A DNA stretch of 56,652 nt, counting the filler, from Sphacelaria rigidula (Eukaryota), in the NCBI GenBank assembly GCA_964200075.2. It is 5 parts of 5 records of this genome, joined end to end, with 100 filler letters (N's around TTAATTAATTAA, not from the genome) between each part and the next. Parts side by side here need not be neighbours in the genome. Positions count along the whole stretch, not along the records: positions 11,353 to 22,603 come from CAXNAA020005166.1; positions 22,704 to 33,953 come from CAXNAA020005167.1; 3 more parts are not named here. The stretch is one strand, 5' to 3'. Positions 12,026-22,965 of the stretch are shown here, one piece after another (position 1 is the first letter of the stretch; the number at the start of each line of letters is the position of its first letter). The position numbers and the translations under genes are program-made. The notes under the pieces were generated by a model, which searched no databases, was not told the DNA's origin, and was given only the letters and a program-made list of their open reading frames with translations.

Positions 12026-15000
12026 ATGGTACACCAGCGGCTGTCACGTGGGCGACACGGGTACCTATCTCCGCCCTCCCGCTTGCCGCCGACAATCCCC
12101 CGGTAACACATTGCCTCGACTGTGCATTCGCAAACCGCTGCAGGTGTCGGCCGGAGGCCTGGCAGACATACGCCTTGTTGCCGCAGGATACTCAGCAGAA
12201 GCTCCTGCACACCTCCCTGGTAAGTGCTTGTCATGCAGAGGGGTGTTCATAAAGTTCGTTACATAGATTTCACAAAATCCCTTTACATATCTTATTCCGG
12301 CCCTGTTTCGCCGTCCGTGGCCACCGTTGATGTCCAAGTTTAACCGTGTTCACCGCGCGTATCCCGTTCGTGATCAGGTGTTGGCAGTCACTCGTAACGC
12401 GGGAGGTGGGGAATAGCGGAGCGTCACGCCGACGATGAAGCGAGAGTAGAGGGCTACTAGGTTTCAGAGCAGGGTTGGTGAAGTTGCCGGGGGTTATGTA
12501 TGCCGTAAATATAGAGCTGACAGCATCGTAGACTGTACCACTGTGAAATTGGAAGACGGGGTGTGTCTACCAAACGCAGGATGACTAGTGTGCGACGAGG
12601 GTCGGAATTTCGTGTTGCCTACCCGTAACCGGACGCTGACCTGCAGGCCAACAATAGGGGAGGCACTACATGCCGCTGAAGGCGTCGCGATCGCGGAACG
12701 GTAGTGTTGCAAACAAAATGTCTGCATCTTCCCGCTTATCGGTCACAACGCCCCTGAAATGTCTGCCCCGCGTGGATGTTGTGTGTGCCCGCCGCGCCGG
12801 CGCCCGCAGTCTCTTTCAAAACTGTTTTCTGCAGCGATTCTTCCACACGGCGGGCCTCGGTCTAATACTGTAAGTACCGTCCGGGACTCCACAGTTAAAC
12901 TTGTGCAGGAACTTTTCCACGTGTCTGGGATATCTCCAACGGTGGCGAGCGGTGGTTGGCCCAGGCGGGGATGTCTACACTGTTCGATGCAGTCTAGAGG
13001 AAGTCGTTTTAGAGGAAAACACCTACGCACCTATTTTTGGTTACAGCGGGAGAACCCTCTTAAGTGATGGATCGAAATGCTCGCACGCTAGCAAATCCTG
13101 AGGGCTATACCACCGCAGGGATGTTTGTTCCAATATCCTGAGCCTCTTTGCCGAAGGACTCTCTCCATCCCAAACATGTTGTGGGCGAGCCTTAGTGTTC
13201 AGCCCCAGAAATATTTTGAACTGAAATATGCACCCCTACCGTCGCTTGACTCATAATAAAATCATTTCCTGGATGACGCTCGCACAGCCGTGTTGCAACG
13301 GCCGGAGGAAAATGCTGCAGCACATCCCCACCACCTCCCCGCGCCATATAGGGAAATATTTTCGCGATGTTGCAACTTTACCATCCCATGGCTAGCAAGG
13401 CAGTTTTTTATTGATGAAACGTGATCAAGGTCGAGATGCCCGTTCGAGCTTTGTAAGAGACGGTGATATCGTTTCCTTCATACTTGGCCACCGGGGCTTT
13501 TGAAAACCCGGAGAGGGACATGGGCGGTCAGGTGGAAGCGCACGACAGCATGGCAGAGGGCGAAAATCACACACAAAAGAACAGAACCACCAAGTAATTT
13601 GTCTTCAAAACAGAGAACCTGCCGCCCGCCCGCTCCTACACCCTGAGTCCACGACACAGGTTTTCACAGTCAGTCAAACATATGCATTGCTGCTGCCGGG
13701 TGGATGCTGTATGTTGCATGCATTATTGTCCGCGATCTCATGGGGAAGATGAGGTGCCGCGACTTCATGTTCCGCACGCAGCCCGAGAGAGCGCTTGCGG
13801 GCCCCTGCACATGGATGGACACCACTGAAACGGGACAGTCAGAGTGAGGATACGACGGCTGCATGCTTCCTGTTCCCCTACGCGGAATATGCGGCGCAAT
13901 CGTTCCCGCCGTATCTTCACTGGCCGACTGCTTTTATTTTGCCGTTTTTTACTGAAAACTTAGTTGTGAAGTTCTCCCCCCAGCGTGTAAGACCCCACGT
14001 GAAAGTTGGCACACGAGTTGGGTATGATGCACCCTGTATGTAAACCAAGCGGGGGCACGTTTCGTCGCGGCGCGAATATTAGCGCGGTGGTGGAAGATGT
14101 TTTCGTAATACAGACCATACGCCCTCCACACGGCCTCCCCGGGGCGGAAACTTCGTATACCGACCCTTGTGACACGCTTTGATGCACCAGTGCACTGACA
14201 TCCAGATCATGAGTCTTTCGACGGCTGTAGCAAGGGGAAACAAACATCGAGCTCTACTGGGACGCCCGCTGGAAAATGACAATCTTTGCGAAACCCAGTC
14301 CCACACTGCCTGCAGAGGACCTGAGGCGCGGAGGAACGCCCATACGTGCGCTGTGGGTGCTTTCACGCGCTGAACCTTTGCCCACATAACCTGTGAAGCA
14401 CAGCCAACAAGCCCATATCGTTTCATCTCCGCTTGCGTGGTGCAGCGCCGCAGCCGGGGGCGAAAAAGGGTCAGATTCTGTTCCGAAACAATTGTTTTTT
14501 TTTCTTCACGCGCAAGACTGGTACAAAATCTTTTGTCGAGCACTTCCAGCAGCAAATGTGCAGACCTTCACCACGGGCGGTTGTATTCTCTTTACACCTC
14601 CCTTTTCAATTCCAAGGTATAAATAGCATCTCAGTGAGGTCATTTGAATACTATCGTAATAACTTTCTCCAGGATGCTCCGTGTCTGGTGAAGAGAATTG
14701 GCTACGTTCTACCTTCTTCTCACTTTTTGCGATGTGTTTTTCGTACTAAACAAGTCATCATTCTGAGTCAACAATATCTTCACACAATGATTCTCTCATC
14801 CTAGCACATCGGTCAGAACGGAAGGGCGACAATATCAATAGTGCGTTTCACACTATGCGACCGATGAGAACCCCCCAAAACAACACGAGCGAGGAGACCA
14901 CGTCGTCCTACCGTACTGTACCGTGGAGCGAAAAGCAGTTAACACAGATGACATTCGCTTCCCGGCTGCACCGAGCCGTGGGGTGCTGGCTGCCCCGAAG

Positions 15001-16486
15001 CTCTTGACGGCGTCACATGTTTCGAACTTAAAAAACCGCCACTACCACAGAAGGCAAGCTGAGTGGGAATTTGCTTTCAAAACATTAGATCGGACTGTTC
15101 TGTAGTGCGTTGAGTATAAACGTTTGGGGAGGTGAGCATCACGTCTGCGGGCATCAGGTTTCACCAGTGAACTGAATCATATCGATACGTTCAGCTCAGT
15201 CACCCGAAGTCTCAGGAGTGCAGGCAGGATCTTGCCTCTTGAGAATATCGACGCCGAAAAACTTGCAACGAGGGGGTGTTATATCCCGTCACCTTATTCA
15301 CGTTTGTAGTGTTGCGCAACCGTACGTTGCAGACCAACTACGCCGACTAGCACCAACTTCGTCGATAAGTCCTGATATTTTTCTCTATCTAATTTACCTA
15401 CCTGAAGTTTCGTACGAGCGAGGGATCGAAGCGGGCCAGTAGCTGCGGCTTCTTTTGCAGCGCCTTTACGGTGTCTAAGCCGCTAAGCTCTCCACCAGCC
15501 GACACCCCGCCATCAGCACTACCAGCGTAACATCGAATCACACCGCGTGCGCTACGTAATGGCGTCTTCAACCTGGTTCCTACCCGTTTTTGAGATCCCG
15601 CTATCATCCACATAACCCGCCGACCGCCACCACGATCTTGCACAGCAGCTACGTGCAAAAGGTAGCGCGGTAGAGCACCAATGGAGGGTGTTAAACAAAA
15701 CAAGATAACATGTGCGGCGCGACTAGCTCGTATTGGAGAATGTCTTCTAAGTGGTACAACATCTGGAAGATAAAGGAATAAGAGTACAAGGAAGGTATTA
15801 ATTGCCGAGGAGGATATGGACAAGGGGGTATCAATTGACTAGGAGGATATGGAACAAACCAGGGACATAGAGAACCAAGCGTAGTAGCTTGTAATATAAA
15901 ACATTCGAGTGTTCCAAAAGTGGTTATTTGCGCGCGGAGAACTGGGTCGTGCATCCTATATATGCTGAAAAATATCTTGTGGAATCACATCAACGGGTCT
16001 GAGTGATATAGTGACCAGCCGGACGTGCTCGGAAATTGCAAAGACCCAGCTTTGCGAATTTCTTCATGCTGCAGTCCGTGGAATGCTGTGTTGTCGATCG
16101 TGTGCGCTAGGTTTAGGCGACGGCTCAGTACAAGTCCTTTGGGCAGCGGATGTTTCCCCTTTAATTACTTCATTGCATTGCTGACTGTACTGTACCGCGT
16201 TGTAGTGCACTGTTTCACGCTGACATCTCGAAGTTCAGTGCAAGGCCAGTGTGCCAGGCTTTAGATTTCCACGTCTTCATACAACAGCAGTGCGCACCTG
16301 GCAGCCCGTCTTTCCGCAAAAGAGAGGCGCAGAGAGCAGCCACAGAAGACTGTGGTGTTGATTGATTAACGAGGGAGAGAGAGAGAAAGAGAGAGGGCTT
16401 TACAGAAAAAAGGAGGGCAGAATACAAAAGCATCAATAGCAGCAGCACAATCAGCAGCAGAGGGAGGAACAGCAACAGCGAAGGAC

Positions 16487-18262
16487 ATGGGACCGAAAAA
16501 CTGGAGGGTGATCAGACAGTTCAAGCGCAAGAGGCAAGATGGCAGCACAGGCAACGACCACAACAACCACGATAGCCACAACAATTCATCTCCGTCATCA
16601 ACGCCGAGCACAAGCCGCACGACCAGCAGCGACTCTTCTAACTACAGCGGCAGCGGCCAATACAGCAGCAGCAGCAGCAGCGGCAGCAACCGCCATAGGT
16701 CAAGGCATGCTGCCATGAACCTGGGGAACGTAAAAGGCCACCAGGTCGTCGTGGGCACCTGCGACATCAGACACGACAGGAAGGCCACAGCCGAGCTGAT
16801 AGACCTCCTCAACGAAACTGCCGCGAACATGCTAGCCTGCTCAGAATCCGACAATGGTGGTAGTGGAGACCAGGAGAGACACGCCGCGAAGAAAAACGAC
16901 ACCGACAACACCAATGAGGACGGCAAGACAGGAGAAGCAGCCGGCAGCAGCAACGAGGAAGGAGGTCAGGCGAACAACACGCCGGCTGCGGCTGCGACGG
17001 CAGACAGCAAGGCGCATGCAGCTTCACCGTCTCCCTTACCAGAAAGACGGGGGACACTGTCATCATTACTTCATCTGTCGTCCACGTTGGTTCCTCGCGT
17101 GTGGCCCGATGATAGCGCCAAAAGTTCCAAAACAAGCGACAGCGGTGTCACCGAGAACGGCGATGAGAGCAGCAGCAGCAGTAGTGCCATCGGCAACAAA
17201 AACGGTAACAGCAGCAACAAAAACAACAACAGCCAAGGCGGAAAGCCAGAGAATATTTCCATCGAAGAAAGCATGCGCCGCGAGCTTGAGGCCGCGCGCG
17301 CGGGCAACACAGCAGACACCGGTCGATTCGTCGCCGTGAATACCTCCGTCAAGGGCGTGATTATGGTGTGCGTCATGGATCGGAAGATCGACGTCATCCG
17401 CCTGGTGGACGCAATGTTCGACAACATCAGGACCACCCGCAAGCGCCGCACTCGATTCCTAGAGCGCGTGACCCCCATGGCCATCACCGCCTATGCCAAC
17501 TTCGAATCGCTCAAAGAAGCTGCCAAGAAGATGGTCGGGGACGCCTTGCCTCCCGTGGCAGACGACGTTTCCCCAATCAATCTTCCCGACAAAAAGGCAG
17601 CGGCGCCGGATCCAATATCCAAGGAGACGACCACGGCAATACCCTCAATCGATACCGCCGCCGCTGCCGCCGCCACCACCTCTTCCGCCGCTTCTAGTGC
17701 CGCCAACCCAGGTGTGAACGGTGGCCCGGAGAAAGAAGAAGAGCCCGACGATGACGAAGGGACGGAACGGAGCGCGACGGGGGCCGACTGCGGCGGCGGC
17801 GAAGATGATGGTTCGGTAGCCGTCGTTGCTAGCGCAGCCGCAGCGGGAGAAGAAGCGAGCGAGAAACAAGCAGCGTCTTCGTGCGGAGTAGCTGGGTCTG
17901 AAAAATCGACTGTCGCTACAAACGACGTGGTAAGGGAGATCGAAAATGACACCACTGCTGCTGTGAACACGGTGAGCGCAGCACGGGGGGCAAGAGGCAG
18001 CACACCGTCACCAGTGCTGGCAGGTGATGCTGGCGCTGAGGCCAAGCAGCAACAGCACGTGAAATTTTGCGACGAAGCGGCGGAGACTGAAAACAAAGCA
18101 GAGGAGGTGCTGGCAGCACCGACCACGATGACGACGAACAAAAGGTGGACGTTTCGCGTGGATCCTAGGAGGAGACATTCGGGTCTGAGCAGGCTGGACT
18201 TGATCAATGCCTTGGCTTCCTCAGCTGGGGAAGGGCATGCGGTTACCATGAAAAATCCGGAG
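16487..18262 (+). CDS. THUMPD1: THUMP domain-containing protein (THUMPD1/Tan1-like, tRNA acetylation adaptor), large exon 1; last exon not found
   Basis: VVVGTCDIRHDRKATAELIDLLNE, SIEESMRRELE, RFVAVNTSVKGVIMV, RTRFLERVTP, TFRVDPRRRH...HAVTMKNPE match the THUMPD1/Tan1 layout; donor GAG|GTGCGT at 18262. Confidence 0.85.
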
Positions 18263-18415
18263 GTGCGTGTGCGTGTGCGTGTGTATACATGTTTCGTTTC
18301 GCAAGGACGTATTGAGACTGTTGTTTGAACTCTTGGCCGCCAGTAATACCAGCGGATTGTGCCGTCTCGTCAGTAGTGTGTGGTCCCTGTGCTTTCACGA
18401 GCGGGACTTGCGCTA

Positions 18416-18418
<3 letters not shown>

Positions 18419-18447
<29 letters not shown>
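18419..18447. repeat. (GT)n microsatellite
   Basis: Direct reading. Confidence 0.9.
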
Positions 18448-18448
<1 letters not shown>

Positions 18449-18729
18449 CTATTACTATTGCTTGTGTGTTTGCTTGTGTGGATTAGTTCTGTATATCAAG
18501 GCGAGCTGTGTCATTCGACGAGATAATTCATCAACCATTGCTTCAAACGCGAACAAGCGCGGGGAATCGACGTGAAAAAGGCGCCGCAACCGACACCAGA
18601 GGCAACAGAAACATCTCCTACATCCTTCCTCTGTGTCGTGAGAAAAGTCCGTCACGGGGTGCAGATGGTATTCCCCCAGCGGAGGTGCCCATGATGCTAT
18701 AATTAGGTTTGTTGAGGAGGTATATTTAT

Positions 18730-19390
18730 AGAAAAACCCGTCAAAAAGTAAAAATCCGAGTCATCTGTGGGCCACTTCGTATGTGTAAAAAAAACTTGTT
18801 GAAAACTGCCTTTCTTGGCCCATCTCCGTTTTTGGCCCGAAAAGAAAGGGCTAGGTGGGTGTTGACACGTTGGAATAAGTTGCTCTACTCGTTGAGACCG
18901 TTTCAGGGAACCCTTGCGTTTTCCGTTGGCCGCAGTTTAGTTTTCGGCCAACCGTGCATTGTCGATAACAAACGGTCAAGTTGTAAAAAAAACTCGTTGA
19001 GACCGTTCCGGGGCACCTTCCCGTTTTCCGGTGGCCGCATTATTTTTTGGCCAGACTTGCATTTTCGGTAACCAACGGTGAAGCTATCAAAAAAGAAAAA
19101 AGGCAGTTTTTCCCTTGTTTTTTTTAACTTCATCGTTTGTTACTGAAAAGGCAAGGTTGGCCAAAACAAAACTGCGGCTACCGGAAACAGGAAGGTCCTC
19201 TGGAACGGTCTCAACGAGTAGGACAGCTCGTTCGAAGGTGTCAACATCCGCCTGTTACAACCATTTTTTAGGGCGTGAAATGACGGATAAGGGCAAAGGA
19301 GGCAGTTCTCAACAACTTTTTTTCTCGACACTCGAGGAGTGGCCTCAGACCCGTTTCTTCATCCGTATTCTGAAAATACCAAGAAAAAAA
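18730..19390. mobile_element. Foldback MITE with long imperfect inverted arms (family also at 35815-36330)
   Basis: gttgacac...ctactcgttgagaccgtt...ggccgcagtt on the left arm is mirrored by aactgcggc...aacggtctcaacgagtag...gtgtcaac on the right arm. Confidence 0.8.
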
Positions 19391-20929
19391 ACGCGTGCAA
19401 CGTTGGCCCATAAATATTGGGACTTCCGTACTGTTCAACCATTTTTTTCCGGGGGTTTCGAGTACGGTGTGCGGGTGCGGATACAAGGGATGTGCACGCC
19501 AAGACGAAGTAACAAGACTTCACCGTCTCAAGGTTCCTTTGTTGGTGGCAGAAGAAGACGTGTGACATAGACCTCTCCCGATGGCTGCCGATCCAGCTCG
19601 TATTGTGTACACACTGATGTCAAACTGGCATCTTCATCCTACTTCATGCGGCAGAATACACAGACTGTTGTGTACTGTGTCTACTGTAGTACTGTCTGTA
19701 CTATCCGTTGCCTGCATCATTTTTGGTGTAGCCGCTCCTCACAACTGTGTGCAAAATAGCATCTACATCCTACTGTTGTATACGGCACTACAGGCAGTAC
19801 TGATTTTCCTAGTATTGCCTGTGCTGCACGTTGTCTACATTTTTCATATTGTCCGCATAATTTTTAGTACAGCCGCGGTACTACTGTTTGCAAACTGACG
19901 CTTACATCCTAAAATTTGTGTTGAGAATTATTTGCTTTTTTTTCAGAAATTCAACGTTCAAGCGCCCACTACCTACCACAACCACGATGAACTCTTCCGT
20001 GCACACACCCCAATGTCGGAAACGAGGCGCCGAAGTATCATTGGGCCGCCGATGTGCCATGGCGGTGAAGATAGTGTTGGTCATTCCGCGAGGTGACTCA
20101 AGGGGGCCGAAGGGCATTCCAGGTCCACTCACCGATCCCTACGATGTTGGTCCCGAGTACCCGACAACACAAAACAACAACTGGAAAGCTCAGGTGGACG
20201 AGATCAGAGGGCTCGATCTCTCAAACAAACGGAGTCGGCGACTGTCGCTTCTTACTCCAAAGGCCGCGGCGCTCCGGACGATCAACCAGCAGAATCGGTC
20301 ATTTTTTTTACGTTTGTTTCCTCTCCTGAATAGCGGCGAAATACTGTTTTTTTTTCGGCCGTTTGCCCATGCAGGGTAATGCGCTGGAGAGAGGAGAGAG
20401 GAGGACGGTTTCAACTCAAAAACGCGAAAAATAAATAAATACAAGTACTATCGCTTGAGACGGTTGACCCTTTTGGAACCATTGATGGGAAAATGACGAT
20501 TTACAATTGAGGTTTTCTTGATCAAGATTTGTTTATTTTTCTGCAAGTGTTGATGATGCAGCCCACCAGAACGGTGCACCACTCTAAGTCCACGTATGCT
20601 AATGCGACAGATTCGTGCACCGAACCCGAAGTGACCTTTTTCCGGTGACAAAAGCTCGTTTATTAGAGTTCGTACTGTTTTTTACTATTTCCAAAAGGGT
20701 TGAGGGCCCGTGTAAAAACCACGGACGATTACTGGCGGCGCAGAGGAAGTATGTCGTTATACATTTGTTGTTGTTGCTGTTGTTGTCAGTTACCCTGAGG
20801 CCTTATGTGATTTTGACCCCTGGGCATAATACCAGCAGTGATACTTGTAGATCGTTCACGTTATGGCCACTCATCTACAGCTGTGACCTGAACTCTACGG
20901 AGCGAAGTGGAAGGTGTATTTACTCTGTA

Positions 20930-21130
20930 TTTGATTGACTGATTGATTGATTGAGTATATCGCATCAGCTGATTGCAACAATCCAACCCCGTGGTCAAGA
21001 TTGCAACACTCCAGCTCGTGATCTGTGTTGAAGGCCCTGTCGTCGCTGGGGTCCGTCGTGTCTCTGGTCTTCTTCCCCTGCTGAGAATGTGATGACTGCG
21101 CCTTTTTTCGTACATCGTCCTTCCCCGGGA
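20930..21130 (-). mobile_element. 3' end of (AATC)n-tailed LINE/SINE
   Basis: (attg)n + tatcgcatcagctgattgcaacaatccaaccccgtggtc, same tail as 6077-6140; 5' limit approximate. Confidence 0.7.
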
Positions 21131-21715
21131 TTTTCAAATCGCTTACAAAGAACGAGTTCCCGAGGTATACTTGCGATCTATTGCTGTTGTACGAAGGAGA
21201 AAAAGAAGGCCCATGCAACCCTTTTTGAGACCGGAGTGGACTAGACGGGGTGGTGAAGACCCATTTTTGTAAATTGGTATGTCGGTTTTACGCATCGGGT
21301 TTACCGAAGTTTGACTACATTCTGTCCATTTTTTATACACTTTACAACTATCGTTAACGCTAACCCTAATCCCAACCCAAGGCATACCGAGAACCCTCGG
21401 GCGAGAGAGGTATATGCATAGAGTTTCCCTAGGTAAAGTGCGGCGTTGGTGGCCGCCAAATCGGCGCCCGTGGCGCCGATTCGGACAAAAATGCGTTCTG
21501 CGCACGCGCGAGGAGACACGGGACTGTCAAGCCCCACTTAAGATCCGATTATCGTTATCCACACTCGATCAAGTGGCATCAACCATGGACAGAATGTAGC
21601 CCAACTCCGGTTGACTCTACTGGTTTTCATAGGACAATGGTTGAAATCGCGTGAAAAAAAGACGGCGATCCCAAAAAACAGACCCCTGCGTGCAAAACAG
21701 GTCCTTGATTGATTG

Positions 21716-21930
21716 AGAGAGTTTCGGAAAGCGCTTTTTGTCATTTCAGAGTGCAAAAAAAAAGAAGTAAATATCTCAGGATCAGAATGTAACGAAAATT
21801 TGTTTCCCCCTCCGTCCAACGTGGTATCCCCTCAACTTTTTTCCGATGAGTTTTTGTTTGTAATTCTGCACTCTGATCCTGAGATATTTGCACTCTGAAA
21901 TGATGAGAAAAGCGTTTTCCGAAACTCTCT
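21716..21930. mobile_element. ~215-bp palindromic MITE nested in an (AATC)n retro-tail
   Basis: agagagtttcggaaagcgc...catttcagagtgcaaa mirrored by tttgcactctgaaatg...gcgttttccgaaactctct; left flank ttgattgattg, right flank attatctcac...aatccagcccgtag. Confidence 0.8.
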
Positions 21931-22539
21931 ATTATCTCACAGTAGTAGCCGACTGCAATAATCCAGCCCGTAGTCCTCCTCACCCCTGTTTTGTGGTATC
22001 CGGTCCCGAAAAAAAGTGTCATTTTTTTTTTTTAATTCTGTTTTGGTCACTTCCCGATGAATTGAAGAAATCCACGAGATTATCTTCGAAAATGGGATTG
22101 ATCATTAAAATTCGGGCGAAATCCAAAGTGCTTTCCCTGACCTAGAAGTCATGAACGGAGACGAAACTCCCCCCCCCCAACATAGTTGGGGAGGCATGAG
22201 GTCGTCCATGTGAAAGTCATAGGTCATCATTTTAGATTTCATGTTTTTTGTCCACATGTTCATTCAGGGGCAGTTCGTGTGTCTGCACTTTATATATCTG
22301 GCGTGCTTTTGTACAAACAAACTGACATGAGAACCAACTATTCGCAGAAAAAAGGAAAAAAATCTTGGCTGATAAGTCGCTCATAATTTGTAAAATGGTG
22401 GTTTTGGATCTCAGAGCATTCGTACGTTATCGCAGTTTTTGTTCCATTTGTGAAGACATGTTCGGGAACATGCGTGTTGCGGCTACTTATCTCTGTTAAA
22501 TGATGTCATTTTTTCTTCCCCCCCCCCGGGACAATTGTT

Positions 22540-22603
22540 GTGTAATGTATGGAAGAAACGTAATGAGCTACGGAAGGAAAGTAATGAGCGCCAGAATGTT
22601 GGA
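22540..22603 (+). mobile_element. Fragment of the LINE 3' region, preceded by a C-tract
   Basis: gtgtaatgtatggaagaaacgtaatgagc...gagcgccagaatgttgga matches 1651-1692; C-run at ~22518-22527. Confidence 0.75.
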
Positions 22604-22703
22604 NNNNNNNNNNNNNNNNNNNNNNNNNNNNNNNNNNNNNNNNNNNNTTAATTAATTAANNNNNNNNNNNNNNNNNNNNNNNNNNNNNNNNNNNNNNNNN
22701 NNN
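22604..22703. other. Artificial scaffold-joining linker
   Basis: N44-TTAATTAATTAA-N44. Confidence 0.98.
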
Positions 22704-22743
22704 ACCATAACACCTGTGACGACGGCGCCAAGGAAATAAGAAA

Positions 22744-22775
<32 letters not shown>

Positions 22776-22965
22776 ATCCTTCAACAACCTCAATCTTTTA
22801 GAGAAACAATAAACTCTACTCCACAGAGATCCCTGTGTATCAAAAAACATCAACAAAATTGTTCCAGCGCCACATCTTCGGCGACATGGCAGCCATAGAT
22901 TACAACAAAATGAAGACAAAAATCACCACCCGCGAAGGTATCATGCTCCCGCCACCTGTGGCATT

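Noticed and set aside
12700-14800. Coding-like decayed sequence, possibly a transposase
   Set aside because: No motif I can assign in any frame
17071-18249. Antisense ORFs of 138 and 252 aa
   Set aside because: Shadow frames of the GC-rich THUMP exon
21025-21102. CAG|LVICVEG... as the missing last THUMP exon
   Set aside because: Lies antisense within a retroelement 3' end and lacks the expected downstream K(F/Y)N motif; probably chance
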